A stretch of DNA of 62,871 nucleotides, the filler included. It is 6 parts of 6 records of this genome, joined end to end, with 100 filler letters (N's around TTAATTAATTAA, not from the genome) between each part and the next. Parts side by side here need not be neighbours in the genome. Positions count along the whole stretch, not along the records: positions 38,940 to 46,088 come from SRR20825010_4737; positions 46,189 to 58,928 come from SRR20825010_4738; 4 more parts are not named here. One strand, 5' to 3'. Numbering within the stretch: position 1 is the first letter of the stretch; each line of letters begins with the position of its first letter. The position numbers and the translations under genes are program-made. The notes below the pieces were generated by a model. It ran no database searches. It was not told where the DNA came from and worked only from the letters and a program-made list of their open reading frames with translations. Shown in pieces: positions 41,408-51,813 of this stretch.

Positions 41408-43783
41408 TCAGACCGCCATCGGTATGCCCCGCGCCTTGTCGACACAGGCCGCCGCCACCGCGTCCATGATCGATTCAGCATCGAGGCCGTAGGTCTGGTA
41501 GAGGTCCGGCAGATCACCGGATTGACCAAAGCCGGTGACACCAAGCGGGAACAGACGGCGGCCGAGGGCGCTGCCGATCCAGCTCAGGTTCGCCGGATGG
41601 CCGTCCTGCACCGTGATGATCCGGGTTTCCGGTCCGAGATCGCCCATCAGTTTCTCAAGGTGAGAGACCGGCGTGTTCGGCCGCCGGACACGCGCCTGCC
41701 AACCGGAATAAAGCCGATCCGCACTGGTAACCGCCAGCACACCGACGCCCGGCAATTCTTCCTCCAGCATCTCGCGCGCCAGCAGCACTTCAGGCACCAC
41801 TGCCCCGGTATAGACGATCACGGCCGGGGCCTGCGGGTCAGGCTCACGCAGCCAGTATCCGCCGGAGACGATATCGTGCCTGAGCTCGGCGGTCATCTCC
41901 CGCTCCGGCTGCTCCTGCGGGCGTGTGGAAAGCCGGAGGTAAACCGCTCCACCGTCATCCGCCTGCATGTAGTTGAAGCCCCAGGCCATGATCTCCGCCA
42001 CCTCATCCGCATAGGCCGGCTCGAAGCTGAGCAAGCCCGGCTGCCCCATGCCGATCAGCGGCGTCGAGACGGACTGGTGCGCGCCGCCTTCCGGAGCAAG
42101 CGAGATCCCGGACGGTGTTGCCACCACCATGAACCGAGCGCCCTGGTAGCAGGCGTAATTCAGGGAATCGAGCCCGCGGGCGATGAACGGGTCATAGAGT
42201 GTGCCGACCGGCAAAAGCCGCGTTCCGAACAGCGGCCCGGAAAGGCCGAGCGAGGCCAGCATCAGGAAGAGGTTGCTCTCCGCGATACCGAGCTCGAAAT
42301 GCTGCCCGCCACCATGTCGCAGCCATTTTTGCGCCGAAGCCACCTTCTCGTCCCGGAACACATCGTTCCGCATGTCGAGGCTGAAGATACCGCGCTGATT
42401 CACCCAGGGACCAAGATTGGTCGAAACCGTCACGTCCGGCGAGGTGGTAACGATGCGGGAGGCGAGCGCCGAATTGCCACGCGCCAGCTCGTTCAGCACG
42501 GCGCCGAAAGCCTGCTGCGTCGACGTCTTCGCCGCGCGCTTCGGGACTATGCTCTCCGGCAGCTCCACTTTCGCTGCGTGATGCACCCGCGATCCGCCCC
42601 GATTGAAGGAAACACCCGCGAGATAATCCCGGACCTCTTCCGCCGGCATGTCGAGATTGGCGAACGGGTCCCACTCATCCCCTTCCGGCACGCCCATATG
42701 GGTGCGGAAGAACTCCATCTGGTCCGGCGTCATCAAACCCGCATGGTTGTCCTTGTGCCCGGCCAGCGGTGTATTGAAACCCTTCACCGTGTAGGCGATG
42801 AAACATTGCGGGCTGTCATCCTTCACGCCATGGAAGGCATCCAGCACCGCCTCCATGTCGTGCCCGGCGAGGTTCGTCATCAGGGCATGCAGGGTCTCGT
42901 CATCGTGGTCGTCGAGGATCGACTTGATGCCTTTGACCCCGTGCAGGTCGCGCTTCAGGTTATCCCGCCAGGTGCTGTCGCCACCGGCCTGCCCCTTGAA
43001 GGTCAGCGCGCTGTAGAGATCGTTCGGGCATTCGTCGATCCAGTTCCTCAGCGCTTCGCCGCCCGGCTGCTGGAATACCTGCTCCAGCTTCTTGCCGTAT
43101 TTCAGCATATTGACGTTCCAGTCGACCGTGCCGAAGAACTGTCGGATCTTCTGGAACAGACCGTCCGAGACCACACCGTCGAGGCTCTGTCTGTTGTAGT
43201 CGATCACCCACCAGAGGTTCCGGACGTCGTATTTCCAGCCCTCCAGCATGGCCTCGTAGATATTGCCCTCATCCAGCTCCGCATCCCCCATGATGGCGAT
43301 CATCCGGCCGGCCGGTTGCTGCTGCAGTCCCTGGTCCTGCACCAGATGATGCAGCCGCACGTAATCCTGCACCATGGAGGCAAACAGAGTCATGGCAACG
43401 CCAAGGCCGACGGAGCCGGTGGAAAAATCCACCTCGTCCCGGTCCTTGGTGCGGGAGGGATAGGACTGTGCGCCGCCGAGCGCCCGAAAGCTCTCCAGCG
43501 CAGACTGATCCTGCCGCCCCATCATGTACTGGATGGCATGGAAGACCGGGCTGGCATGCGGCTTCACCGCGATCCGGTCCTGCGGCTTGAGAACGTCGAA
43601 ATAAAGCGCCGTCATCAGCGTCGCCACGGACGCACAGGAAGCCTGATGCCCGCCAACCTTGATCCCGTCACGCGACGGCCGAACATGGTTCGCGTTATGG
43701 ATCATCCACATGGCAAGCCAGAGAACTTTCTTCTCCAGCTCACGCAAAGTTTCGATCTTGTTCTGCGGCTCTACCAGGCCCAT
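41408..43783 (-). CDS. ThDP-dependent homodimeric 2-oxoacid dehydrogenase E1 / transketolase-like (AceE/MdeB-related)
   Basis: KVGGHQAS, KPHASP, QSYPS, FSTGSVGLG, GDAELDEG..N, ELGIAE, EGGAHQS. ATG 43783 follows CAGGAGG. Confidence 0.9.
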   Translation of the reverse strand: MGLVEPQNKIETLRELEKKVLWLAMWMIHNANHVRPSRDGIKVGGHQASCASVATLMTALYFDVLKPQDRIAVKPHASPVFHAIQYMMGRQDQSALESFRALGGAQSYPSRTKDRDEVDFSTGSVGLGVAMTLFASMVQDYVRLHHLVQDQGLQQQPAGRMIAIMGDAELDEGNIYEAMLEGWKYDVRNLWWVIDYNRQSLDGVVSDGLFQKIRQFFGTVDWNVNMLKYGKKLEQVFQQPGGEALRNWIDECPNDLYSALTFKGQAGGDSTWRDNLKRDLHGVKGIKSILDDHDDETLHALMTNLAGHDMEAVLDAFHGVKDDSPQCFIAYTVKGFNTPLAGHKDNHAGLMTPDQMEFFRTHMGVPEGDEWDPFANLDMPAEEVRDYLAGVSFNRGGSRVHHAAKVELPESIVPKRAAKTSTQQAFGAVLNELARGNSALASRIVTTSPDVTVSTNLGPWVNQRGIFSLDMRNDVFRDEKVASAQKWLRHGGGQHFELGIAESNLFLMLASLGLSGPLFGTRLLPVGTLYDPFIARGLDSLNYACYQGARFMVVATPSGISLAPEGGAHQSVSTPLIGMGQPGLLSFEPAYADEVAEIMAWGFNYMQADDGGAVYLRLSTRPQEQPEREMTAELRHDIVSGGYWLREPDPQAPAVIVYTGAVVPEVLLAREMLEEELPGVGVLAVTSADRLYSGWQARVRRPNTPVSHLEKLMGDLGPETRIITVQDGHPANLSWIGSALGRRLFPLGVTGFGQSGDLPDLYQTYGLDAESIMDAVAAACVDKARGIPMAV

Positions 43784-44014
43784 TGCGACCTCCTGAAAAC
43801 GGATGATTTCGGGAGGACTATGGGGAGCGCGTAATAATCCGTCGATAGGGGGATGCAAGTTCGCAATGATCTGTCCAATCACGCAAATCCACCGCTATTA
43901 TCGCCGGTAAGAAAACTGATTCGACTTCATTTTGTATTTTTGCGAAGCAATCAGATCAAGCAACAGCACTCAGAACCATCACCCCGGCACTGAATCACCA
44001 AAAAGCGGGAATAC

Positions 44015-45562
44015 ATGTTTATCTGCCAGATAGCCGATAGCCCTTTCGGTAAACTCGATGGGAAATTATTTTCGCCGATTGCAAGCGTCAGGTTGCGGGC
44101 ATTGCAGATTGCACCGGAACTGGCCCGGTTAAATTGCCGTGTCAACGTGGTGCCGATAGAAACCGTCAACGACCGCATCTGCGAAGGCCGTTTCTTTGAT
44201 GCAGACATATTCGTGCTGCAGAAAATGCTGCATGATGTCTCTCCATTGCTCGACCAGATCATGGCCGCAAATAAACCGATCGTGGTCGATGTCTGTGATG
44301 ATATCGCGTCTGCTCCGCACCTCCGTGACTTCTATCCCAACCTGCTCAAGCGTGCCGACATTGTGACAGCGTCATCCGAGTCTCTGGCCTCCAGGCTCAA
44401 AGAATTTACCAGCGCGGAAATTATAGTCATTCCCGACAGCGTCGAACTGCAGAAGGGGCATGCGCGCGCCCCCGAAGGCGATCGCCTGGAACTCATCTGG
44501 TTCGGCCGCAGCTCCAACATACATCCTCTGATGGAAGTATTGCCGAGCTTGCAGGATCTTGCTTGGGGGGCAGAACTCGGTTTAACCATTGTTTCGGATC
44601 TCCCGGACAGCCTACTTTCCGACATACGTCAGCGGGCCGGTAAAATCCTGATAAAGAACGAGGAATGGTCACCCGCCACGCTCAGCACCGCGCTGGAGCG
44701 GACCGACATCGCAATTCTGCCGCTGTCGGACTCCGTTTCAGACATGGCCAAGTCATCCAACCGACTGCAAGAGGCTCTTTGGGCAGGGCGCTGCGTGGTT
44801 GCCACTGAAAATCCCAGCAATGCGGTATTTTCCGACAGTGCATTCCTGTCAGACAACATTGCGGAAGGCATTCGCGCCGCCTTGGCAGACAAGGGCGAAA
44901 CGCTACGCCGCATTGAGCTCGGTCAACAAAGCATCGCGTCAGCATCGACACCGGAAGCCCTGGCACCAATCTGGCAAGAGGCTTTCCAAAAAGCCTCCAA
45001 AATCAGACAGGGCAAACCCGCCGGGGCAAGTTTCATGCGGACTCGCCTCAATCTCGGCTGCGGGGACAAACCTATGCCCGGTTATGTCAATGTCGACATA
45101 GCGAGCAGCAGAAAAGACCGATCGCCGGATGTACTTAGTGATTTACGGGATTTGAGCCATTTCAAAGATGGTGTTGCCGATGAGATCATCGCAATCCATG
45201 TGATTGAGCATTTTTATCGCTGGGAAATTGACGCTCTGCTCAAGGAATGGTGCCGCGTCCTTCGTCCCGGCGGCACCCTGACGCTGGAATGCCCAAATAT
45301 CATCACCGCCTGTGAAGAGCTGTTGCGCAACCCGGCACTTGCAAAGAATGCCGACACAGACGGATCCGAGGCCATGTGGCCTCTCTATGGTGATCCATCC
45401 TGGCACGACCCGTTAATGGTTCATCGCTGGGGATATACGCCCGACTCTCTGGAAGAGGTGATGAGCCAAGTCGGTCTGGTCAAGATTCGGCGTGAACATG
45501 CTCAATTCAAGCGCCGTGAGCCACGTGACATGCGCCTGACCGGAGAGAAACCGATCAGCTAG
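44015..45562 (+). CDS. glycosyltransferase-like domain fused to class I SAM methyltransferase
   Basis: N-terminal ASVRLR..VDVCDD..IWFG..SN..KSSNRL (GT-B-like); C-terminal LNLGCG..PGYVNVD, HVIEHF, RVLRPGG.L.LECP, HRWGYT. Confidence 0.78.
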   Translation: MFICQIADSPFGKLDGKLFSPIASVRLRALQIAPELARLNCRVNVVPIETVNDRICEGRFFDADIFVLQKMLHDVSPLLDQIMAANKPIVVDVCDDIASAPHLRDFYPNLLKRADIVTASSESLASRLKEFTSAEIIVIPDSVELQKGHARAPEGDRLELIWFGRSSNIHPLMEVLPSLQDLAWGAELGLTIVSDLPDSLLSDIRQRAGKILIKNEEWSPATLSTALERTDIAILPLSDSVSDMAKSSNRLQEALWAGRCVVATENPSNAVFSDSAFLSDNIAEGIRAALADKGETLRRIELGQQSIASASTPEALAPIWQEAFQKASKIRQGKPAGASFMRTRLNLGCGDKPMPGYVNVDIASSRKDRSPDVLSDLRDLSHFKDGVADEIIAIHVIEHFYRWEIDALLKEWCRVLRPGGTLTLECPNIITACEELLRNPALAKNADTDGSEAMWPLYGDPSWHDPLMVHRWGYTPDSLEEVMSQVGLVKIRREHAQFKRREPRDMRLTGEKPIS

Positions 45563-46088
45563 TAACAGGCTGTAATTTCTCAACATTTACTTCAACCGGA
45601 TCCGCCACGGACTGCTCCCGCATCTGCTGCCGCCACATCGCCGCATAGATCCCGTCCTGTGACAGCAGGGCGTCATGATTGCCACGTTCGGCAATCTCGC
45701 CCTCGCGCAACACGATGATCTCGTGCGCGTCGACCACGGTCGAGAGCCGGTGGGCGATGACCAGGGTTGTGTAATCCTGGCTAACCTCGGAGAGGCTGGT
45801 CTGGATTGCCTTTTCGGTCTGGCTATCGAGTGCCGATGTCGCTTCGTCGAAGAGGAAAATTTTCGGCTGTTTCAGTAATGTCCGGGCAATCGCCACACGC
45901 TGTTTTTCACCGCCAGAGAGCTTCAGGCCACGCTCGCCAACCGTGCTTTCGTACCCGTCCGGAAGGCTGATGATGAAGTCGTGAATACGGGCCAGGCGGG
46001 CCGCCTCCTCGATCTCCTGCGTACTGGCTCCGGGCCTGCCGTAAGCGATGTTGTAGTAGATCGTGTCGTTGAACAGCACCGTGTCCTG
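45555..46088 (-). CDS. C-terminal NBD of ABCB (Atm1-like) ABC exporter, 5' truncated
   Basis: [52 protein letters not shown]. Confidence 0.92.
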   Translation of the reverse strand, partial: QDTVLFNDTIYYNIAYGRPGASTQEIEEAARLARIHDFIISLPDGYESTVGERGLKLSGGEKQRVAIARTLLKQPKIFLFDEATSALDSQTEKAIQTSLSEVSQDYTTLVIAHRLSTVVDAHEIIVLREGEIAERGNHDALLSQDGIYAAMWRQQMREQSVADPVEVNVEKLQPVTS

Positions 46089-46188
46089 NNNNNNNNNNNN
46101 NNNNNNNNNNNNNNNNNNNNNNNNNNNNNNNNTTAATTAATTAANNNNNNNNNNNNNNNNNNNNNNNNNNNNNNNNNNNNNNNNNNNN
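46089..46188. other. artificial contig linker
   Basis: N44-TTAATTAATTAA-N44. Confidence 0.98.
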
Positions 46189-46189
46189 A

Positions 46190-46840
46190 CAGCAACTGTG
46201 CCCCGCAAGTGACCGCATGTGCATTACCAGGCACTGGCTGGACTTCGGTATTGAGCAAGGTCGACAAGGCAGTGGTGGTTTCAGCCTGCATGGCTACATG
46301 GACCGATACCCCGACTTACAAAATGCATTCGGCCAGGAAAATTATGAAGCCGGCATTGATCATTGGTTCGACAACGGCGAAGACGAAGGCCGCAACACCG
46401 CTGCAACCATTGCAGGCAACGGGCCTGTTTCCGGACCTGCCCGTGTAGGCGGCGGTGGGGGGGGTGCCTGGAGCGACATGGCCACCTGTAAAAACCAGCA
46501 AGTGACAGGCTTCCGGATTGGTGCAGGCCGCCTTGTTGACCGCGTACAGTTCAAATACCCCAGCGGTTGGGCGCCCCGCCAAGGTGGAGGAAATGGCTGG
46601 AATGCGGATGTGAATTTGCCCGACGGCCAATATATTGTGCGGGTTGATTACCGCAACGGCAGCATGGTCGACCAGGTTAGCTTTACCACCAACACCGGTG
46701 TGAAGTACGGCCCCTATGGCGGCGGTGGCGGTAGCCCAGGTACTTACTTGGTAACCCCAGGCCAGAAATTGGGCTGTATGCGCGGTCGGGCAGGTTCATC
46801 CATGGACCGCCTTACATTCACCTCCACAGGGCCACGTTAA
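46190..46840 (+). CDS. repeat protein with C-terminal jacalin-like lectin domain, 5' truncated
   Basis: Frame open from the contig edge. Two HW...G..(Q/E)GR repeats, then GGGGG.AWSD..VDRVQF.Y..VDQVSFTTNTG..YGPYGG.GG..GRAG..MDRL.F (beta-prism I pattern). Confidence 0.8.
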   Translation, partial: QQLCPASDRMCITRHWLDFGIEQGRQGSGGFSLHGYMDRYPDLQNAFGQENYEAGIDHWFDNGEDEGRNTAATIAGNGPVSGPARVGGGGGGAWSDMATCKNQQVTGFRIGAGRLVDRVQFKYPSGWAPRQGGGNGWNADVNLPDGQYIVRVDYRNGSMVDQVSFTTNTGVKYGPYGGGGGSPGTYLVTPGQKLGCMRGRAGSSMDRLTFTSTGPR

Positions 46841-46843
46841 ACC

Positions 46844-48730
46844 ATGAATACATTCATTCAAAAAGCACGCCTTGGCAAATTGGCGGCGGCTGTGGCACTG
46901 GCAGTGTGCATTGAGCAACCCGTACAGGCTGCACAAGAAAATACGGCACAATCTTTCGTGGACATGGTGAAAGAAGTGCCGCTGGTACCCGCCAACATGC
47001 GCGATTCAGAAATGCTGGTGAAGGTCACTGAGGCGGTTAAGTACATCAAACGCCTTGAATTGCCCCAAGCGCACTTTGCCGTAAACGAAGCTTTGCAGCT
47101 GGACCCACGCAATTCGCACTTGCATTTTTTGAATGGTTTTGTGTACCACCTGCAAGCCCGCCAGGGCGACACGCAAAAAGGCGAAATGGCTTTGGAGGGC
47201 TATGAGCAAGCCCTGCGCATCGACCCCAGCAACTGGATTGCGCAAGAATTTCTGGGCCTCGCCCACATGGATTTGAAACAGTTTGACAAAGCCAAACTGG
47301 CCTTCTCGGAAGTGCTGCTGCTAACGCCAGAAAGTGCGGTGTCTATTTATGGTTTGATGGTGGCTTCATACGTAACAGGCGACGCAAAAACCGCCTGCGC
47401 CATGGCCACACAGTTCAGAAAAGTATCCACTGGCTTGTCGCACGGATTCATTCGATCAAGCATTGCAGTGTATGCCTCGTGTGCAGATTTCGAACGTGCC
47501 GGCATTATGCGGGAGGTGTTGAAGGAATTGAACAATGAAGGCCCCGAAGTGGAACGGGCCGACCGCCGTGTTGCGCAGTGGAAGAGCTTCTACAGCAAAC
47601 CTGCTGCATACAGGCAAGGCGGCGAACAACTGGCACAGGCCTTCGACATGCCAGCAGTGCCCTACCCCACGCCACCAGCGGCTGTCGCAACGCCCACAAC
47701 CCCGGAAACTGTTGAAGTTACAACCGCAGTTGCGCCTGTTGCCACGGAAGCCGGCAACGGCCCGCGCATGTTGTTGATTGATGTGGTGTTGTTGTCTACC
47801 CAGGAATTGATTTCAACGTCCAAGGGCGTGAACCTGCTAAACGCACTAACCCTGCAACTGGGCAATGTGGCCGGCAATGTGGCAGCTTATGCACGTGTGA
47901 ACAATTCTACGGTGACCAACGGCGGCGCAGCCGATGTAAGCACCGCCATTACCCGCGCGGTGACCATTCCGGCATTGTCATATTCGCTGAACATAGCCAA
48001 TGCCAACAGTTCACTGAACGAAGTGCTGGCCCGCCCCACACTGGCAGCCATTGAAGGCTTGCCCTCGGAATTTTTCTCGGGAACGAATTTGAGTGCCGGT
48101 TTTGTTTCAACCAGCGTGCAAGGCGGCACTACCGTGGTGCCACTGGAAAAACGCATTGGCATCAAGCTGGCCGTTACACCAGTGTTTTTGCCGCAAGGCC
48201 GAATACAACTGAAAGTTGAAGCGCAGCGCACCAACCTGAACGCCACCACCGAAAACCCGCGCGTGGCCTACCAAATTGAAATAGGCGAAACCACTGCGAA
48301 CGCCAATGTGGTGATGAACCTTGGCGACACACTGGTGTTAAGTGGTTTGAGCGAAAAATCAAGCGCCAGCAACCGCGACGGTGTACCGGGTCTGCAAGAC
48401 GTACCGGGTTTGCAATACCTGTTTTCAAACAAAAGAACCAACGAACTTCAACGCTCGGTGCTGATACTGGTCACCCCCCGTTCGCCTGTACAAATTGCAA
48501 GCGCTGCGCAAAGTGAAAGCGAATCCGTGGACAGCCGCATGAAAATGCTGCGCGACAAGTTTGGATTTTCAAACAGCATGCCGGGCAATATTGAAGCGGT
48601 AATGACTCAGCTTGATTCGAATGACTTCTTCCGCGAATTCAGGCAAGGCGATGTGTCGATGGAGCGTTGGGAACGGATGAGAACGACTGGTGACCGGCTA
48701 AAGGAAGCGCTGGAGTTTTTGTACTACTAG
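46844..48730 (+). CDS. TPR-repeat protein fused to a type II/III secretin core domain
   Basis: Signal peptide, TPRs (EALQLDPRNS, YEQALRIDPSNW), Pro/Thr linker, then EVLARPTL...G....FFSG, GIKLAVTP, LGDTLVLSGL, GVPGLQDVPGLQYLFS, LILVTPR. Confidence 0.85.
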   Translation: MNTFIQKARLGKLAAAVALAVCIEQPVQAAQENTAQSFVDMVKEVPLVPANMRDSEMLVKVTEAVKYIKRLELPQAHFAVNEALQLDPRNSHLHFLNGFVYHLQARQGDTQKGEMALEGYEQALRIDPSNWIAQEFLGLAHMDLKQFDKAKLAFSEVLLLTPESAVSIYGLMVASYVTGDAKTACAMATQFRKVSTGLSHGFIRSSIAVYASCADFERAGIMREVLKELNNEGPEVERADRRVAQWKSFYSKPAAYRQGGEQLAQAFDMPAVPYPTPPAAVATPTTPETVEVTTAVAPVATEAGNGPRMLLIDVVLLSTQELISTSKGVNLLNALTLQLGNVAGNVAAYARVNNSTVTNGGAADVSTAITRAVTIPALSYSLNIANANSSLNEVLARPTLAAIEGLPSEFFSGTNLSAGFVSTSVQGGTTVVPLEKRIGIKLAVTPVFLPQGRIQLKVEAQRTNLNATTENPRVAYQIEIGETTANANVVMNLGDTLVLSGLSEKSSASNRDGVPGLQDVPGLQYLFSNKRTNELQRSVLILVTPRSPVQIASAAQSESESVDSRMKMLRDKFGFSNSMPGNIEAVMTQLDSNDFFREFRQGDVSMERWERMRTTGDRLKEALEFLYY

Positions 48731-49359
48731 AAAAGCCATGGCTCAAGCTTGCGGCGTTTCATTTCGTAGGCTTCTATGCGGTCGATATTACCCAAGGTAA
48801 TGTCGATGTCGTCGAGCCCCTGGATCAAACGTGATTTGTAATACGGATCGATGTCGAAGTGATGCTGAGCATCGTCTTCCAGAATCAATTGCTGTGGCAA
48901 ATCTATGGTCAAATAATAGCCCTCGCGTTCCTGTGTCTTGGCCATGATCTGCTTGAGCAAATCCGCAGGCAGGTGAATCGGCAAAATACCGTTCTTGAAG
49001 CAGTTTGCGTAAAAAATTTCAGCAAAACTTGGGGCAACAATGGCGCGAATACCGTAATCGTCTAACGCCCAAACAGCATGTTCACGGCTGGAACCACAGC
49101 CAAAATTATCTTGCGCAATCAATATTTGCGCACCCTTGTAGCGGGCCTGGTTCAAGCTGAACCCTGGGTTTTTCTGCCGCTCGTGTTCCTCAATACCTGG
49201 ATAACCTTTGTCCAGGTATCGCCATTCATCAAACAGGTAACGGCCAAAACCAGTGCGGTCCACCATCTTGATGTATTGCTTGGGAATAAGCGCATCCGTG
49301 TCAACATTTGAACGGTCCACAGGAACCACCAGGCTGTGCAGTGAAGTAAATGGTTTCAT
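48727..49359 (-). CDS. leuD: LeuD-like (isopropylmalate isomerase family) small subunit
   Basis: NVDTDALIPKQ, NFGCGSSREHAVWAL, SFAEIF..N..KNG.LP, GLDDI..TL. Confidence 0.92.
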   Translation of the reverse strand: MKPFTSLHSLVVPVDRSNVDTDALIPKQYIKMVDRTGFGRYLFDEWRYLDKGYPGIEEHERQKNPGFSLNQARYKGAQILIAQDNFGCGSSREHAVWALDDYGIRAIVAPSFAEIFYANCFKNGILPIHLPADLLKQIMAKTQEREGYYLTIDLPQQLILEDDAQHHFDIDPYYKSRLIQGLDDIDITLGNIDRIEAYEMKRRKLEPWLF

Positions 49360-49372
49360 CGCGCTCCCCGTT

Positions 49373-50801
49373 TCAATGCAAATCCAGAATTGTTACATCC
49401 ACAAAATGGCCATACACTGCGGCAGCAGCAGCCATCGCCGGGCTGACCAAATGGCTTCTGCCACCCGCGCCTTGCCTGCCTTCGAAATTCCTGTTTGAAG
49501 TAGACGCACAACGCTCGCCAGGCAGAAGGTGGTCTTCATTCATGCCCAAGCACATGGAGCAACCGGGCTCGCGCCACTCGAAGCCCGCATCCAGAAACAC
49601 GCGGTGCAAGCCCTCCGCTTCTGCCTGTGCCTTCACAAGGCCCGAACCCGGAACAGCCAAAGCCTGCACAATGCCGGGGTGAACCTTGCGCCCTTTCAAA
49701 ACGCGTGCGGCCAGCCGAAGGTCTTCAATGCGCGAATTCGTACACGAACCAATAAACACTTTGTCCAGCCACAAATCGGTCAACTTCGTGCCCGGCTTAA
49801 TGTCCATGTATTGCAATGCAGCTGCCGAGGCCTGTCGTTTCACAGGGTCACTGATTTCATCCAGCAATGGTACTGATGCGATTACATCGGCCACCATTTC
49901 CGGCGAGGTGCCCCAGGTCACCATGGGGCGCACCGTGGCGGCATCCACGTGCACCACGCGGTCAAACTTCGCGCCGGGGTCTGAATGCAATGTACGCCAA
50001 TAGGTCACTGCCTTCTTCCACATTTCGCCAGCAGGCGCGTAAGGGCGGCCTTTCAAATAATCGATGGTGGTTTCATCCACCGCCACCAAACCGACCCGCG
50101 CACCCGCTTCAATGGCCATGTTGCACAGGGTCATGCGGGCTTCCATACTTAAATTGCGCACCGTACTGCCAGCGAATTCAATTGCAAAACCAGTGCCACC
50201 CGCCGTACCAATTTTTCCGATCAGCGACAACACCAAATCTTTTGCAGTCACCATGCCGGGAAGCTGGCCTTCGATATTGACCAGCATTGCACGCATTTTC
50301 GGCACAGCCAGGCACTGGGTGGCCAACACATACATGTTCCACTTCCGAAGTACCCACACCAAAAGCGAGTGCCGCGAAAGCACCATGCGTGCAGGTGTGC
50401 GAATCACCAGCCACCACCGTCATTCCGGGCAATGTGGCACCCTGCTCCGGGCCGATCACATGGATGATGCCCTGGCGCTTGTCTTTCAAATCGAACAGCG
50501 TAATTCCAAATTCGTCGCAGTTGCGTTCAAGCTGCGCAACCTGTGCGCGGGAAAACGCATCAGCAATGCCAAGCGTGCGACCCACAGTGGGCACATTGTG
50601 ATCTGCGGTGGCCAGTACGGTGCTGGGGCGATGCGGCTTTCGATGTTGCAGCCGCATGCTTTCAAACGCCTGAGGGCTGGTTACTTCGTAAACCAGGTGG
50701 CGGTCCACGTACAACAGGTTGGGGCCACCTTCCTGGCCTTTGGGGGGTGGCATCACCAAGTGGCGATCCCACAGCTTCTCAAGAAGAGTTTTTGCCTGCA
50801 T
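49373..50801 (-). pseudogene. leuC: LeuC-like large subunit split by a frameshift (4-bp duplication at 50328-50335)
   Basis: The 5' frame ends [21 protein letters not shown] and the 3' frame resumes [30 protein letters not shown]. Removing one ACAT restores EVEHVLATQ. Confidence 0.85.
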
Positions 50802-50812
50802 GTTTACACCTG

Positions 50813-51766
50813 CTATGCAATGCGTTGCCTGGGCACGTGCCGCAGGTGGCTCGCGGTTTGGCCACCGGGCAAGCTGGCGATCAAATCAGCCGCCTCAAGC
50901 AATCGGTTCAAATCAATACCACACTGAATGTTTGCACCGTTCAAGGCATACACAAGGTCTTCAGTGGCAGTGTTGCCCGTGGCACCCGGCGCGAAGGGGC
51001 AACCACCCAAACCTGCGGCGGAAGCATCCAGCACAGTGGCGCCATGTTGAATTGCAAACAATGCATTGGCCACGCCCATGCCATACGTGTCGTGCCCATG
51101 AAAAGCCCAGACAATGCCCGACTTGCCATGCACCCGTTGAAGATTCAGAAAATAATCGGCCACCTGCAAAGGCGTTGCCCGCCCGGTGGTGTCGCAAAAG
51201 GCCACCTCCAGGTTGATCCCATGCGTCAACTTGAGCGCCTTGTCCAGCACGGCTGACACCTGCTGCCAACTGACCAGTCCGTCGTAGGGACAATCAAAAC
51301 TGGTACCCAAGTCCAAGCGCATGGTTGGGCGCAATTCACCAGCATGCTCGCGCACGCGTTGTGCAATATTGGCCAAGCCATCCAGCGACGCGTCTACCGA
51401 TTGGCGCACGTTTTTCTGGTTGTGCGCTTCCGAAACCGACACCACGTACACCAGCTCATTCACGCCCGCTTCCAGCGCATTGTCTGCGCCCCGCAAATTG
51501 GGTACCAATGCCGACAAACGCAAACCGGGCACATTGCAGAATTGCTTGAACAACTCTGCTGTGTCGGCCATCTGCGGAATGGCTTTCGGGCTTACAAACG
51601 ATCCAATCTCAATGCGTTTTACACCTGCATGAATCAATGCCTCAATACACCGGGCTTTGTCCGCCGTGGGCAAAGGGTTTGAAATCGATTGAAAGCCATC
51701 ACGTGGCGCTACTTCAACAATTTCAACCTCACTTACTTTTCGAACTACGCTGGATATTTCACTCAT
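50813..51766 (-). CDS. HMG-CoA lyase family enzyme (DRE-TIM)
   Basis: [59 protein letters not shown]. Start set at ATG 51766 with GAGG RBS. Confidence 0.92.
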   Translation of the reverse strand: MSEISSVVRKVSEVEIVEVAPRDGFQSISNPLPTADKARCIEALIHAGVKRIEIGSFVSPKAIPQMADTAELFKQFCNVPGLRLSALVPNLRGADNALEAGVNELVYVVSVSEAHNQKNVRQSVDASLDGLANIAQRVREHAGELRPTMRLDLGTSFDCPYDGLVSWQQVSAVLDKALKLTHGINLEVAFCDTTGRATPLQVADYFLNLQRVHGKSGIVWAFHGHDTYGMGVANALFAIQHGATVLDASAAGLGGCPFAPGATGNTATEDLVYALNGANIQCGIDLNRLLEAADLIASLPGGQTASHLRHVPRQRIA

Positions 51767-51813
51767 TGAACAACACCTCTTGCACATCACCAAATTCAGC
51801 TGCAGCAACCGAA

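Noticed and set aside
41522-43834. 770-aa plus-strand ORF
   Set aside because: Antisense shadow of the well-supported E1 gene. It has no recognisable motifs and is expected from GC-rich codon bias.
50178-50407. Programmed ribosomal frameshift or two separate genes for leuC
   Set aside because: No slippery heptamer seen at the junction; an exact 4-bp duplication explains the break.
48727-50801. leuCD as the leucine biosynthesis operon
   Set aside because: No leuA or leuB nearby, catabolic and transport context, and a tolerated frameshift. Gene symbols are given for family only.
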